A stretch of DNA of 64,000 nt from the human T2T-CHM13v2.0 reference genome, Homo sapiens, in the NCBI RefSeq assembly GCF_009914755.1, contig NC_060943.1, one strand, 5' to 3'. A program made the position numbers and the translations under genes. Each line of letters starts with the position of its first letter. The stretch's first letter is position 1. Under the pieces are notes generated by a model. The model was not told where the DNA came from, ran no database searches, and was given only the letters and a program-made list of their open reading frames with translations. This document shows positions 62,787 to 64,000 of this stretch, one piece after another.

Positions 62787-64000
62787 ATAAGGCATGAGAT
62801 GTAGGTCAAGGTACATTTATTTGCATATGGATGTCTAATTATTCCAGGACCATTTGATGAAAGCACTGTTCTTCCTCCATTAATTCTGTTTGCACCTTTG
62901 TTAAAAATCAATTGATCATATTCATGTGGGTCTATTGTTGGACTCTATATTCTGTTCCATTGATCAATTTGTATATCCTTCGAGAAATATCACATTGTCT
63001 CAATAACTACAGCTTTATAGTGAGAAGTAGTGGGTGTTGCACTTTTGCTCTTTTTTTCTGAAATGTTTTGGTGATTCTACTTCCTTTGCCTTTTCCCACA
63101 AAGGGTGTGTGTGTGTTTGTGTGTGTGTGTGTGTTTGAGACAGGGTCTCACTACATCACCCAGGCTGCTAGAATACAGTGGCATCATCTCGGCTCATTGG
63201 ACTCTGCCTCCCAGGTTCAAGCAACTATAGGCATGCACCACCATGCCAGGCTAATTTTTGTAATTTCCGTAGAGGCAGAGGTCTCCCTATAGTGCCAAAA
63301 CTGGTCTTGAACTCCTGGGCTCATGCAATTTGCCTGCCTCGGCCACCCAAAATGTTGGGTTACAGATGTGAGCCACCGCACCTGGCCTCCCATAAATTTT
63401 AGAATCACTTTGTCAATATCTGAAAAAAAAAAAAAAAAACCTGCTACACTTTTGATCGGGATTGTGTTGAATGTATATACACCAAGTTAGGGAGAAGTGA
63501 AATTTTAACAATATCAAGTTTTCCAATCCACGTATGTATTATATGTCTACATTTATTTAAGTTTTCTTTGATTTCTTTATTTTTCAAAATTTTTTTGTCT
63601 TCTCCGGGTCAGAGTTGAATTATTTGATTTCTTTAGTTCATGTTTTGTAGTTTTCAGCATACAAATCCTGCATGTGTTTTGTTAGACTTATAGCAAAGCA
63701 TTCCATCTTTTGGTGCTGTTGTAGATGGTACTGTTTTTAAATTTGTTATTCTCAATTTTTTATTGCTACATATAGAAATATAATTGGGTTTTGCATATTG
63801 ACCTTGTTCCTGTGTACTTGCTAAGCTCACTTATAAGTTCTGGGAAGTACTTGTAAATTCCTTGAGATTTTCTATGCAGACCAGCAAATCATATGACAAT
63901 AGAGAAAAATTTATTTCTTTTTGACTTATATGCCTTTTATTTCTTTTTCTTGCTTTATTGCACTGGCTAGGACTTTAGGAACAATGTTTAGCCTATTGAT

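Overview
Primate (human-like) genomic DNA, not microbial. The only protein-coding gene I can support is POP4 (RPP29, an RNase P/MRP protein subunit). It has 7 exons on the + strand (ATG 15894, TGA 24952-24954, 663-nt CDS, 220 aa), all GT-AG introns with consistent phases, a TATA-less NRF1/ETS/CRE-type promoter and an AATAAA at 25354. From recall, the human locus is at 19q12. The rest is intergenic and repeat-rich: about 50 Alus, ERV1/ERVL/MaLR LTRs, a nested ERV1 remnant with a tRNA-Ser primer-binding site, L1/L2/MIR fragments and small DNA transposons. Repeat family names are by eye from remembered consensus sequences and need RepeatMasker/Dfam confirmation; many repeat boundaries are approximate. 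Most ORF-track entries are Alu or low-complexity artefacts. I find no convincing new gene system. The best second-look items are a ~200-bp degenerate palindrome (28932-29135), a perfect 31-bp VNTR whose junctions form split REST-like sites, an Alu carrying a 3'-transduced tag, a 116-bp hairpin upstream of POP4, and a frame-preserving, stop-free potential exon 2-6 circle.
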